Part shown: positions 1 through 13,800 of the stretch, piece after piece
How the letters are laid out: each line of letters starts with the position of its first letter
Position numbering within the stretch: the stretch's first letter is position 1
DNA from: Callorhinchus milii
Taxonomy: Eukaryota
Assembly (NCBI RefSeq): GCF_018977255.1
Contig: NW_024704743.1
Location: forward strand, 71,302,001-71,366,000
DNA: 64,000 nucleotides
Direction of reading: 5' to 3'
Notes under the pieces: model-generated
The model's database searches: none
Seen by the model: only the letters and a program-made list of their open reading frames with translations
What the model was told of the DNA's origin: nothing
Made by a program: the position numbers and the translations under genes

Positions 1-557
1 GTTCTGCGACCAGTTTTTAATAAATCCTGATTTTGGAGTTCTGCACATTCGGTTATTAGCACATTTACAGAACTCCAAAACTCAGTGATAGTATTTTAAA
101 TGCAGCATTAGTTTTGCATGATGCAAGATTAGTTTGGCACTGCATTTAATTACATTACATTTTGAATGTTGTACTTTCCTCACTTTGTTTGTTTATTCTT
201 GCAATTTTTTAGGTTTTTGAGGGGAATGGGTGGTTTGTTGGTCAGAATTTTTTTTTCTGTGGTTATTTCTTTCATTTTATTTCTTGCTATTGAACAATCA
301 CACACTCTTTCACAGTTTCATTCTCTCTTTCTTGCTGACTTATTGCCTGCCAGAGCCTTTTTGAGGAAAGAGTTGCAGAATTCAATCTTGACGTGCTCAA
401 AGCATGGATGATGTTTGAGAGATTCCAGATTACACAAGGATCAATGATAGTTAAAAAGCTATGAAGTGCAACCTAATCCTGTAATATAGGCATAAATACA
501 TTCTCAAAGGTAGTGTGTATACCAGGGACAATGTGGAAAGACTGTAGGTAGGGAAAT

Positions 558-1320
558 ACAACAACAACAACAACTTGCATTTATATGGAGCCTTCACGGG
601 GGTAGTGTACCGGAGCACTTGAGAGTGGCATAGTCTGACCCTGAGCCAGGGAGGGATGAGGTGATCATAAACATGATCAAATAAGAAGGTCCTTAGGTGG
701 GATTTGAAAGTGGGGAGGGAGGAGACAAGCTGGAGGGATTGAGGGAGAGAGTTCTAGAGTTTCGGGGCATAGTGGTTCAAAGTGCGCCACCAATGGTGGA
801 AAGGAGGGCAAGAGGTACATGCAGAAGGCCGGAGCCAGTTGAGCAGAGCCAGGGGGTTATGGATTGGGGGGTGTATGGAAATCGGATAGATAGGGAGGCG
901 TGAGGGCATGAAGGGATTTGAAAATGAGCATGAGGACTTTGAAATCGATCCGTTCGCCAATTGGGAGTCAGAGGAGCTTGGCTAGAACTGGTGTGATAGG
1001 GGTATGTAGTTTATTATGGGTGAGTATGCGGGCAGCAGAGTTTTGGATCAGCTGGATCCTGTGCACATTGGAAGTGGGGAGACTGGCAAAGAGGACATTT
1101 GAGGAGTTGGGAGGTGACGAATGCCTGGAGGCAGGCAATGTAGTGGAAGTGGAGGAAGGCGGAGCCAGCCAAGCAGAGGCAGCGGGTGTTGGAGTTGGGG
1201 GATGGTAAGCAGGTCAGATAGGTGGGGAGATCAAGGGCATGAATGATTTGAAAACGAGCGAGAGGATCTTGAAATCGATCCGATCGATAATTGGGAGCCA
1301 GTGAAGCCAAGCAAGTCTGG
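558..1320 (-). mobile_element. L2-clade LINE 3' fragments (decayed)
   Basis: (CAA)n tail at 558 with CTTGCATTTATAT; minus-strand relics of the L2 C-terminal LPIxERIDFK segment, present twice. Confidence 0.75.
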
Positions 1321-1791
1321 AAATAAAATAAACTGAGAATGCAGAATCATGCCTATGAGGGTCAAAGGGATCAGTACAATTCTTCAAATGATTGTTAATA
1401 ATAATAATAAATAATAATCCTTAAATTTGATATAGCGCCTTATCATGTCATCAAGATGTCTCAAAAAGCTTCACCAGATTTACTGTTAAGTGGTTTTTAA
1501 CTGTGTATATTGTGCTGTAGAATTAAACAAGCAAATATTTCAGGTAAGAATTTGATTACCAATTAAGAATTGTTTCTTTCCTCGTCTCATTCAATGTCCA
1601 TCTCATCAATACCTCCCCGACTGCCCTTTTGGACATCCACCTGCCTCTCACTCCCCCCCCCTTGACCACCACCCTCAGTTCGGGTACCAAGCCAGTATTG
1701 TTAAGCCTCTTGTAATGTTCTTACGACCTGAAAGGCATGATTTGAATGTATATTTGTATTGTAAGAATAAACATTTCTGGCCATTTTTCAG

Positions 1792-1892
1792 CTGGAGAAT
1801 CTAAAGGTCACAGGCGTGTAGGAGGTACTAAATGGATGCACTCTGGATTAGGAGCATCTCCTACCGCACCATCTCCAACTGCATCTGTGTCA
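1792..1892 (+). CDS. DNAH5-like: Dynein HC exon 1 in window (N-terminal extension; may hold the start ATG at 1836)
   Basis: TTTTTCAG acceptor, GTAAGT donor; ..[33 protein letters not shown]; phase 0 into the next exon; no recognisable homology. Confidence 0.6.
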
Positions 1893-4800
1893 GTAAGTGA
1901 TTTATTATGCAAATTTTGGAGGGTATTTTACCCCAGTTTAAGAATGTTTCAACACCAATTAAAATAATGCAGCAAAGTGCCCTTTGCATTCATTTATTTT
2001 ATAATTATTTTAATTCCTGACAATAAAATTAAAATCAAGCAGATAAGATTTGAAAAAAGTTTTATTATTAAAGCCTTCCTTTGTTAAGTTGATCATTCAT
2101 ACATTCTTTTCCATCTGAAATCTTCTTTGTCACAGTACAATTTAACTATTCAGAGCTAATTGATTACTGACTAATGGATTGATAAAAATGGGGGTTGGGG
2201 GAGAAGAGTCAGAGAAACTAGCAAGGTCAGATTCTGTAACAATAAGATGTCCATTTCATTTGAAAATTGCATATCATCTCAACAATGCCACAAAGTTACA
2301 TGGACAGCAGTGTTAGCCTACAGGAATGTTTGAAGGTGGGAAGCAGATGTGGATTGAGAATAATTAAAATAAAAAACAATGCCATTATGTGGTCTAAGTT
2401 TTGTTTCCTCTCCTATCATTAGACTCAGGGAAAGAAGATGGTGGTGTTTTCTACTGAGGCAAAAAAGGAACTGGCAAAACAAGCCAAAGCAACAAAGGAA
2501 GAACGCAGATCCCACTTGGACTCCCGGCACAAATATCTCATATGCAAATTGGCAGATGGGACTGGCCAGGAGGAATCCGTTGTGGAGGATTCTATTATTG
2601 GAGATGAAAGGGTAAGGTTTGATACTTTAACTACTTATACTAATGTGCAGTTAAAAACTTTTGAATAATATAAAATAATATAACATTTGAATAATATAAA
2701 ATATTGCTGTGCAGATGTTAGCCAATAACTGCACAGTCACTCCACTTCACAGTGAATCCTGTAAAGAGTTTTGAAATGTCCTCCCACCATGAAAGGTACA
2801 TCAAATGCATGGATATTATTATTATTCTCATGAATCTATGTGCCATAGCTCCAATAACTTTTATAACTTTTCATTGTCCTGCATCCAAAACTTTGCACAG
2901 TATTCCAGCTGAACCTTAATGAACATCTTATTATTAATAATAATAATAATCCTTGCATTTGATATGGCGCTTTTCACATCTTCTAGACGTCTCAAAGAGC
3001 TTCACAGAATATGGTATTAATGTCCATTGCCATATTGTTCCTTTGAATTCAATGGTTCGGTGTCTAAAACCCGGAATCCTCTTTGCTCTTATAACAGTCT
3101 TCTCTAGCTGTAATCTTACTTTAACAATGTATGTATTTGTGCTTCTATATCCCACTGGCCCTCCACTCTATTGAGAATTTTTACCACTTAGGGAATATTT
3201 CCATTCTCTGTTGTATACTTCGTTTTTCTGTATTGAATTTAATTCTCCATAAATCCACCAACACTTTGCTAAACTGTCAATATCTGCTGCACTCTTTGTC
3301 ACTATAAGCCTCCTAATTCATCATCATTTGTCAAGTTGGATATGATTGCCTCTGCGACATCCAGATCATTAATGTAAGTGAAGAACAAGAGAGGTCCCAA
3401 CACTAATCCCTGAGATAACTGACTAACTACCCACTGACAATCAAAATAAGCCTAATTTAATTTTCATTTTCTGCCATCTACTACCATCTTCAACCATTCC
3501 TCTATCCAATTTGTTACTTTTCTATCAATCTCATGCACCTTAAATTTTGGCCGTGATTCTCGTATGTGGAACCTTATCAAATCCAAATATACTATGTATT
3601 ATATATTTCCAAGACCAAATGTTTAATTTTCGTTTGAAGTCTTGCATAACTTCGGATGAAAGTGTAACATTTCAATTGTTTCTTATTCTGGGATTAGAGT
3701 AAATAGCTCCAGTGGTGGAGAAAACACCAGCATAAACTGTGCTGCAAATTTTCTGTGTGATTAAAGACGTATTTGTATAGTTCTGCTCATCTTTGTAAGT
3801 ATTTCATGATAATCAGTAATCAAAATGTGTAGCAAAAGTCTCTTGGAATAATATCCATGCAATTAAAATGAATCAATTTTCTCTTCCAGTTTAACATGAT
3901 TGAAGAATTCTTTGCACCAAATGGATCGAAAAAATTACTCTTTTTCTATCAAGAGACCGTTCCAGTAAGTGTTCACATATTCAAGCCAACCAGTTCCTTG
4001 CTAAATGTTGGTGTTGTGTCTTTCACAGTAATGAGCCCCAAACTATTGAAATTGAATTTTTCGGGTCGTATGTTGAAGTCTAAAAATCTTTAGATTAAAT
4101 AAAATATTTTTATTGCTAAAACAAGAATTCTCTAAAACACATTCTAAAATACTGATTTGCGGCTGTTCAAGGTACTGTAGCATTAACTCACTGACAGGCT
4201 GAATGATAAGTGAATGTTTTTAAGAGTCTGTTGAATTAAAATGACTAGGCACCATCCTAAAGTATTGATCTCAGTTGTTTAACAATTGGATTGTTCAATT
4301 CTATAGCCCAGAGAGCACAGATTTTCAAGTGCAGGCACTTCCAAAAGCTCAGCCCAGAAGAAGCTTTTTATAACAACTGGTTCTGCAGAGGTAAGACAAA
4401 ACTGTTTGTACTCAGTTAATGTTATTTCTTGATTTATGTATTTTTCTGCAAAGCGAATATTGCTGGAATATAATTATTATACACACCTGAGTTGTGAAAG
4501 ATGCATCTTTTGCAATTCTGTAACTTTCTGTACCAGAATCAAATTGTAGATTACAAAATTAAAACATTGGAAATTTGCGCAATAAAGTGTGATTCTCAGT
4601 ACTTAAAGATTTCTTTCTCTTTCAGATGATGATTGATATGTTGCACATTTATAGCATTTTCTGCATTTGTTTAAGATTTCCAGCCTGTTTTCTTTTTATA
4701 CCTGTGCATTTGGATTGTTTGAAAATCCTTCAGTGCAGTAATTCTGTTTCTTGCATGCCCATTTTGCAGGGTTTGACTGGTTCTTGCTTATTCTTTCTCA

Positions 4801-7800
4801 GAACTACTGACAAATCAATCAGCACAGCTAATGTGTTTCAGGTCAGTTTCCTTCTGTGAATCAGTGCATTACATTAGCATTAAACATTATTTAGCAACAC
4901 TGAAGCATTTACCATAGTGAAATATATTCTGAAACTACCCTTTCAATTTTGCATTATGGGCCTTGGTCCTTGACCTAACTTTCTCAATTTTAAAACGTTT
5001 AGAAATAATTTATCAGCATGATGCAGTATATCCATTAGCTGCTCTCACAAGATAATAATAGCTGGAATTTATATCGTACGTTTTGCTTCAAAAGAAACAT
5101 TTCAAAGTACTTTACAACTATAATTGGGTAAAATGAAAGTTATGTGTAGGCAAAGGTTACTTTAATTGTGATTGTGATTTCTAAAATCTGACCTTTTTGT
5201 TGCAATGTGCAATGGTTTGCAGAATATAAAATATGCACCAAAAGTCGTCTTTCAAATTGACATTTTCTGCCAGTTACAATCTACAATGCACATTTCAGCA
5301 ACATTACCTATATTAGACAATTATTTTCTGTGACTGCCACAATACGCACAGACGGCAAATTCCGTGCACAGGATTGGAATAAAAGCAATGCACAGTGATC
5401 AGTTCCTACACACTAAAGTATTGTTATATTCATATGATGAAGTAAGTGCAATCAGTTTTGTTTCACCTGGAAAGACCAGATTATAGACATGCTGCAAAAA
5501 TTACTGTTGGGGAGAGCAAACTGGCTGTATGAGGGTAGGAGTTAGGTGGTTTGTACAAGAGGTTTCTGGACCTTTCAGATATTAGCCTTTCTGTCACCAT
5601 TGCATTAGTCTGATGCAATAGACGTCAAGTATATCTCAAGATATTTTTCCTGTTAAATGGTTTGAAGTCAATCACTATTCAAGAGGTTTATTATTGATCT
5701 TGTTTGATCAGTTAGAAGCTACATATTTGCAGATTTATTAGTGTAAATGTTATGACCATATAGCTGACTCATAACAGAAGGTTTCTTTTTTACATAGGAG
5801 GTGAATTTCTGTATGCTTGATTGCTCTGAAGGGAATTTACTTCAAGGGCTGGAGAAACTTCTTGCCAGTGTAATGGTGCCTGCACTGCGATCTCAAGAGG
5901 TAAGCTCTCTCAAATGATCTCTAGACTGGAACAACTCCTAGCTTTACTCGAATGATCATAAACACAACTTTAATTAATTTTCTATCACACAAGAGGGAAA
6001 AAAGCAATTTGGTCATTATGAAAAACTAGTAAAGTAGCCCCACCTTGGATGAGCGGTAGGAAGGATGTCTTATGTAGGATACCAACTGTTGGTATGAGTT
6101 TAATTGTACTTTTTCAATGAATCTCTGTCTTCTATTTGTTTTTGTTTGACTTTGTGGTTTTCTCTACCATCGCCTTGTATGTGTGCGTGCGTGCATGGGA
6201 GACTGGAGTAGGAATTCACTTGGGTCTAGATTTGTTCTATCTGTAAGTTTATTTAATAACTACAGAAAAAAATGGCTTCAAAGTTAGTCTTGAAATATAG
6301 AAATTGCTAAATTCTATATACAATTCTGACTTTAGATTAGAGGAGCTTCACTCTTACAATTTATTATGCCATCAGAACTCACTGCATTGCTTGCAGGTAT
6401 CCATTTTTCTACATATTTACAACCAAACTTTTATAATTATTTTTTCCAACATTTTAAGTGTGATTGTTAGGAATATTGCACAACTTTATATGAAGGTTGT
6501 TTCCTAATATTCCAAATCTATTTGCCACGGTCACTCAATTGTTGAACTTAAGCACTTAATTTTGTTAACGCATTGAGTTAGATAAATATTCAACTTAGCT
6601 GAATTCTCACCTGTTGCCTTTCAGCTAAAATCCAATTCATACCAATGAAACAAATGACTCACTTCAACTATTGCTCTTATAGATTACTAAAACACCATAA
6701 CTCCTTTAAAATATTTAGCCTAATATTTTCTTTTTTAAATTTTCCTCCAAATGAGCAGAACTGGGGATCTGTAAAAGATGGGCTGAAGAATGCCGAAGTT
6801 CAAGAATTCCTTGAATCCTTGGACAAATTTGTAGGCAATCTGTCTTCTGCCAGAAAAAATATGGAGAGCAACATTATACTGGAGGATGTAGACTCAAGAT
6901 ACAGCCTAGACAATCTGCATAATGTTTCTGATTTCATGGTTGCAGGTATTGTATTAACTTTTCACCTCCCTCTTTTCAGTTTCTTCAGTACTCCTAATTT
7001 TTTCTCTATTTGTTTTAGCATTAATTTTAATGTAACACAAATCGATGTAGTTATTTTTGTTTAGTAAATCAAATTATCATGGAAAATGCACATTTCTACT
7101 TTATCGAGGAATTGTATAGTTTTTTTGAAAGCTGCTGAATTAATATATTCTATTTGATAAATTTGTACCCTTTTTCAAAAAAATAGCAATTTCTTGGTTG
7201 AGATTATATTATAAAATGTATTATAAAATATTATAAGATGTTTTGTGGTTTCATACATTTGGCTAATTGTTTTTGTATGTAGCAGCAAAAATGAATGGAA
7301 AGTTATTTTTGCTGTAGTAACTCATTGCATTGTGTGTGTGTGTACATATATTATATTTTTGTTTCATTAGACAAGAGGTATCCTTCCACGAAACCTACCC
7401 TACCGTAATTATTCTCCACATAAAGAAATTCTTCCTGGTGCATGTCCTAAAATTGCCTTTCGCAACTTGAACATATATTCTCTTTTCTGCTGCCTTGGCC
7501 TATTTGAAACTATTCTTCTGGGTTTATTTTCTCATTCCCATTTAGAATCTCGTATAGCTCTATTAATTCCCTCTGAAACAATTTATTTCCAGATTAAAGA
7601 ACCCTGGCTTGTCCAGTTATTCCTCATAGCTCCGTCTGTTTACGATGAGAATTATTCCTGTTGTTCTGATTCACAACATCTCTATGTTATGATGTTGATA
7701 TTCTACATAGTACAATAGATGTGGGCTCATTGGAACACTTTACAACTTAAGGATGACTTCTATGGATGTGAACTATACCTATTTGGTAATGTAGCCTAGC

Positions 7801-10800
7801 AATCTCTTTTCCTTGTTTGCTGTTCCCTCGACAGGGTAAGTGACGAGTGAACTTGAACTTGACAAATTCTCTCCTATTGTACATGGAGAACATGCACATC
7901 CTATTTTCACTTCTCATATGCCATACTTTGCGTGCATTTATTTGTCACAATTATGTATGGATTATGTATTCAGATTGATGAATCTGATTTCTGTTCAAGC
8001 TTGAAAAAGGTGAAACTGTTTGTAATGAAGCCAATGTCATGCCTGAGGAGTATAACCATATCTTTCCTATTGCTCTTTTTTGACAAATATCAATTGTTCT
8101 ACTACAAGGATTTTGAAATTAATATTTTTGAATTTACAGTACATTTTTGTGCTTACCGAACCATGTTGTAAAACAAGCCATGCTTTCACACTTATAACCT
8201 GCAACATCCAAAATAAACTTGGTTTGAATATTTTTCTTACTTTGGTTTAGATTATAGTATTTGCATATCAAAAGTTTCTTGGACACAAATATTAGCTTTT
8301 GAAAGAATGAGGATATCTGTGACCAAAAAGTAACTGTATAAAGATATTGAAAAGATGGTTATTGGTTATGAAGTCCCGGGGCATAGAGGTTAGCAAGCTC
8401 GCCTTTCAAGTGAGTGGACCCGAGTTTGATTCCTGGGCAGGGCGAAACCATAGGCGGTTTCATTCCGTTTATCCAGCAGTAAGGAAGAACCAGGTTGTCA
8501 GTCGATTGGCAGATCACTTTCTGGGGGAAATGTTTTGTATGTAGCACTTTTTACTCTGTGTCAGAAGGTTGTGGTTTCAAACTCCACATCGGGTCTTAGA
8601 ACCACAAAGTCTAAGGTGACACTATAATGCAATACTGGGTGTGGTGATAGATTATAGGAGGTGCTGTCCTTTGGATGAGATGTTAAACCGAGTTTCAGGT
8701 GGATGTTAAAGATGCCAAGGCACTATTCGAAAAGAGAGTTTCTCCTGGTGTCAAGGCTAACAATCCCCCCAAATAAATAAAATGGTCACTCACCCCATGG
8801 CTGTTTATGAGGCACTGCTGTGCGCAACTGGCTGCTGTGTTTCACCCACAATATACACAATCACTCTACAGTATATCCTGTGAAGCACTTTGAGATTACT
8901 AAATGACGTGATACAGTGCAATGTCAAATGCATATATATAAAACTTTAGATCATTGCACTTTTAAAAGCTGTTTTTATATAAGATATGGTAAAATACTGG
9001 TAAAATGGTATAAGGTAAAAACTGTTTCTGATCTAATTAATAAAAAACACTTGTAGAAAATAAACTCCATTAGCAAGGTTGGGGGTAGTTTTGTCAAAAG
9101 CTTTGTCTGATGCGATGTAGCTGCTTAAGATTTCTTTAGGCAAAGAGAATGAGAAAGCTTACCCGTCATGAGGAAAATAAGTCAAAGGATGTAATAATAA
9201 TAATACTTGCATTTGATGTAGTGCCTTATCAGGTCTTTGAGACGTCTCAAAGCGCTTCACAGAATATACTGTAAAGTGAATTGGCTGTATATTTGGTGGG
9301 AGAAACGCGGCAGCCAATTGCACACAGCAGTGTCCCACAAACAGGCAGTGATTGAGTGACCTATTTTTTTCAAGGAATAATAGTTATGTACCTGGGCAAA
9401 AAGTGTATTAGTAGATATGGGTAAGAGACCCAAAAATATTATGAAAGAGATTATTATTCATAAAGAACTGCTGTGAATTAATAAAATGGCAGAGCAGACT
9501 CGATCGGTCAAATAGCATAATCCTGACCCCAGTGGTTGTAATCTTTCTGGATAGATTTTTTTCAGTCTGATATTCCAATTTAAATGGGAATTAGTCAAAG
9601 ACTTCTGGAAATAAAATAATATTAAAGGCTATGGCGGAAGAGCAGCGGAGTGAGATTAGAGTAAAAGTACCAGTGGGAAAGCGAACCCCAAAATTGATTG
9701 AGTGGGTCAAATAACCTAATTCTATGCTGTAAACTTGCTATGATTCCTGGAATGAATAACTAAATTAAGTGAAGATTATGCTTTAACTTCTAGCCGGTAA
9801 TACTGAATTTGTGGAGCAACTTGAGAGTGTGCTGACGGTCTGGACTAAACGGATAGAGAATGTCTTGGCTGAGAGTGAGCAAATGAGAAAGGAGGCTGAC
9901 GATATAGGCCCTTCTGCAGAACTGGATCATTGGAAGAGCAGAATGGCAAAGTTTAACAGGTATGCACTATATTAGTGTATTTTTGTCTTTCTTCAGCTAT
10001 ATCAAGCCATAAGAAAGCATACAAAGTTGGAGCACAGAATCCTATTTAGCCCATTGAATATGTGCCGGCTCATTGGAAGAGCAACCTACTCAATCCTATT
10101 TTGTTGCCTCCACTTTCCCTCTCCCACCAAAAATCTGCAAATTACTTATTTTTAGACATCTATCCAGTTCTTTCTTGAAAGCTATTGTGCATTCCACATC
10201 CTAACAACTGTGTGTGTGTGTGAGTGAGTGTGTAAGAAAAATCCTCCTCATCTTCCCCTTTGTTTTTTCATATATATATAGTATATAAAAGATATACTTT
10301 CCTCCCAATATGAAAGGCACTATACAAATGTAATCTTGTTGTTTCTTTGCTGATTATTGTAAATTGATTTCCTCTAGTCACTGACTCACTGGTGGAAGTA
10401 ATTTCTCTCTAGTAAAACTCTAATATTCCAGAACAAAATAAATTTTCACTTAGAAAAACATGGGTTAATAAAGGCAGCTAACATGGATTTATTAAAGGCA
10501 AATTATGTCAAACAAACCTGATCAGAGTTTTTTGGTAATGGAGAGCGTGGATGAAGGTAGGGCAGTTGATGTAGTTTATATGGATTTCAAAAATGAGTTT
10601 GATAAAGTGCCACATAAGAGACTTGTAAGCAAAATCATGTTCGACCCTCAATTATCCTTCCTCCCCCACATCTGGTCCCTCACCAGCACCGCTTTCTTCC
10701 ACCTCTGACGCATTGCCTGTCTCCACCAATACCTCTCCCCAAAAGCCGCTGAAACCCTGGTCCATGCCTTTGTCACCTCTCGACTGGACTACTCTAACGC

Positions 10801-13800
10801 CCTCCTCGCCGGTCTCCCATCGACTACCATCCATAAAATCCAACTTATTCAGAACTCTGCCGCCTGCATTCTCACCCGCACGAACCTCCGCTCCCGGATA
10901 ACCCCAGTCCTTGCCAGACTGCACTGGCTGCCTATCCCAGAAGGATCGATTTCAAGATCCTCACCCTTGTATTCAGGTCCCTGCACTCCTCTGCATCCCC
11001 CCTACCTCTCTGACCTCCTCTCTCCTCAAAACAATACCCATTGCCTTTGTTCCTCCAGGTCTGGCCTCCTCCTCGTCCCCCGAGTCCTCCGCTCCACCCT
11101 CGGCGGCCGTGCCTTCAGCCACTATGCCCCGAGGCTCTGGAATTCCCCTCCTCACTCCCTTCGCCTCGCTCCCTCCCTTCCCATTTTCAGGTCTCTGCTG
11201 AAGACCTTTTTGACTGTGCCTTTGTTCACCTTCCTCCCCTTCCCCCCGGCTCGGTCCCGGGAGCCGTTACTGTAAAGCGCTCTGAGACGCCGTCCAGCGT
11301 GGAGGGCGCTATATAAATCCAAGTTGTTGTTATTGTTGACCTGGGGGTTCATATAAGTAAATCTTTGAAGGTTGCAGGACAGGTAGATAAAGCTGTTTCT
11401 TAAAAAAAAGCATACGGGATACTAGGCTTTATAAATAGAAGCATAATAATAATCCTTGCATTTGATATCGCGCTTTTCACGTCGGGAGGACGTCCCAAAG
11501 CGCTTCACAGAACACACTGTAAAGTGAATTGACTGTATATTTGTGGGCGAACGCGGCAGCCAATTGCGCACAGCAATGTCCCACAAACAGTTGTAGATTG
11601 AAAATGACCAATTTATTATTGTTTTTTTTGAGGGATTATTATTAGGCTCTGTGTGGAGTAAGGAAACTTGCCCAAGGTTTCGCCCTCTGCCTGGAATTGA
11701 ACTCAGGTCTCTCACTTGCAAAGCGAGTGCTCTAACCACTGAGCTACAGGACTCCACAAAATAGAATACAAAAGTCAGGTAGTTATGATGAACATTTATA
11801 AAACACTGGTTAGGCCTCAGCTAGAGTACTGTGTTCAGTTCTGGGTCCCACACTTTACGAAGGATGTCAAGGTATAGGAGAGGGTGCAAATTAGATTTAC
11901 CAGGATGGTGCCAGCTATGAGGACTTCAGTTATCTAAGAATATAAGAACATAAGAATTAGGAGCAGGAGTAGGCCATTCGGCCCCTCGAGCCTGCCCTGC
12001 CATTTGATAAGATCATGGCTGATCTTCTGACCTAACTCTAATTACCTGCCCTATCCCCATATCCCCTAATCCCTCTATTTTTAAAAAATCTATCAGTCTC
12101 AGCCTTGAAAATGTTCAAGGACTGAGCACCTACAGCCTTCTGGGGTAGTGAATCCCATAAATTCACTACCCTCTGAGTGAAGAAATGTTTCTTCAACTCT
12201 GTTCTAAAAGGCTGACCCTTAATTTTAAGACTATGACCCCTGGTTATAGATTCTCCTACCAGGGGAAACAGACCCTCAGTGTCTACTTTATCAGCTCTTT
12301 AAGAATCTTATATGTTTCAATAAGATCTCCCCTAATTCTTCTGTACTCTGGAGAATATAGCCCTACTTTATTCAGCCTATCCTCATAGGTCAGTCCCCTT
12401 ATCCCGGGAACTAACCGAGTGAATCTACACTGCACACCCTCTAGGGCAAGTATGTCCTTTTTTAAATAAGGAGACCAAAACTGCACACAATACTCTAGGT
12501 GCGGTCTCACCAAGGCCCTATTCAGTTGCAGCAAAACTTCCCTACTCTTGTACTCTAAACCTTTTGCAATGAACACTAACATGCCGTTCACCTTCTCAGT
12601 TGCTTGCTGCACCTGCAAACTAACTTTTTGAGACTGGTGTACAAGGACACCCAAATCCCTCTGAACACTAACACTATCTAATCTCTTCCCCTCTAGAAAA
12701 TAATCTGTTTTTCTATTTTTGCTACCTAGGTGAATAACTTCACACTTCCCCACATTAAGTTCCATCTGCCACCTACTGCCCACTCCCCTGGTCTATCTAT
12801 ATCCTGTTGCAATCTTTATGCATTATCCTCAGAGCTTACTCTCCCACCTAGTTTAGTGTCATCCGCGAATTTAGATATGTTACATTAATGTCCTCGTCTA
12901 GGTCATTGATATGAATGCTCTAGAGAGGCTAGAGAAGATAGGATTATTCTCCTTGGAGTAGAGAAGGTTAAGAGGAGACTTAATAGAAGTTTTCAAAATT
13001 ATGAGGGGATTCGATAGGGTGAACAAGGAGAAACTATTTCCACTGGTGTGTGGGTCGGTAACAATAAAATACCGTTTTTAAAATAGTTTTTAAAAGATAC
13101 AGAGGGGAGATGAGGAGAAATTTTTTCACACAACGAGTTGTTGGGATCCGGAATCCATTCCCTGAAAGGGTGGTGGAAGCCGATTGGATAACTGCTTTTA
13201 AGAGGAGTAGATAATTATTTGGGGTGGACAAGTTAGTTTGAAGAGCTATGAGAAGAGAGCGGGAGAGTGGGATTGAATTGGATAGCTCTTTTCAAAGAGC
13301 CGGCACAGACACGATGGGCCGAATGGCCTCCTTCTGTGCTGTATAATTCCATGATTCCATGAAAAGGTAATTGACCTGAAACATTAACTCATGTTCCTCT
13401 CTCCATGGATACTTCGTGGAGTCCTGTAGCTCAGCGGTTAGAGCACTCGCTTTGCAAGCGAGAGACCTGAGTTCAATTCCAGGCAGAGGGCGAAACCTTG
13501 GGCAAGTTTCCTTACTCCACCCAGAGCCTAATAATAATCCCTCCAAAACCAAAAACAATAATAAATTGGTCATTTTCAATCTACGACTGTTTGTGGGACA
13601 TTGCTGTGCGCAATTGGCTGCCGTGTCCGCCCACAAATATATAGTCAATTCACTTTACAGTGTGTTCTGTGAAGCGCTTTGGGACGTCCTCCCAACGTGA
13701 AAAGCGCTATATCAAATGCAAGGATTATTATTATTATTACTGCCTGATTTGCTGTGTGTTCCCAGTGACTTCTGTGTTTATACCACTTTACACTATATTC

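Larger units (their letters stand above)
10410..13362 (+). mobile_element. CR1 LINE (RT to 3' tail), interrupted by three nested insertions
   Basis: [24 protein letters not shown] (about 10560-10636); DLGV (11338); [13 protein letters not shown] (about 11806-11845); [12 protein letters not shown] (about 12970); tail CTGTATAATTCCATGATTCCATGA. Confidence 0.9.

Noticed and set aside
10209..10290. (TG)n and (TA)n tracts, and the many (ATT)n/(TTG)n runs elsewhere
   Set aside because: They are ordinary microsatellites or retroelement tails.
13420..13492. tRNA-Ala(TGC) gene
   Set aside because: The acceptor stem is poor and the sequence continues into a SINE body repeated many times, so it is a SINE head.
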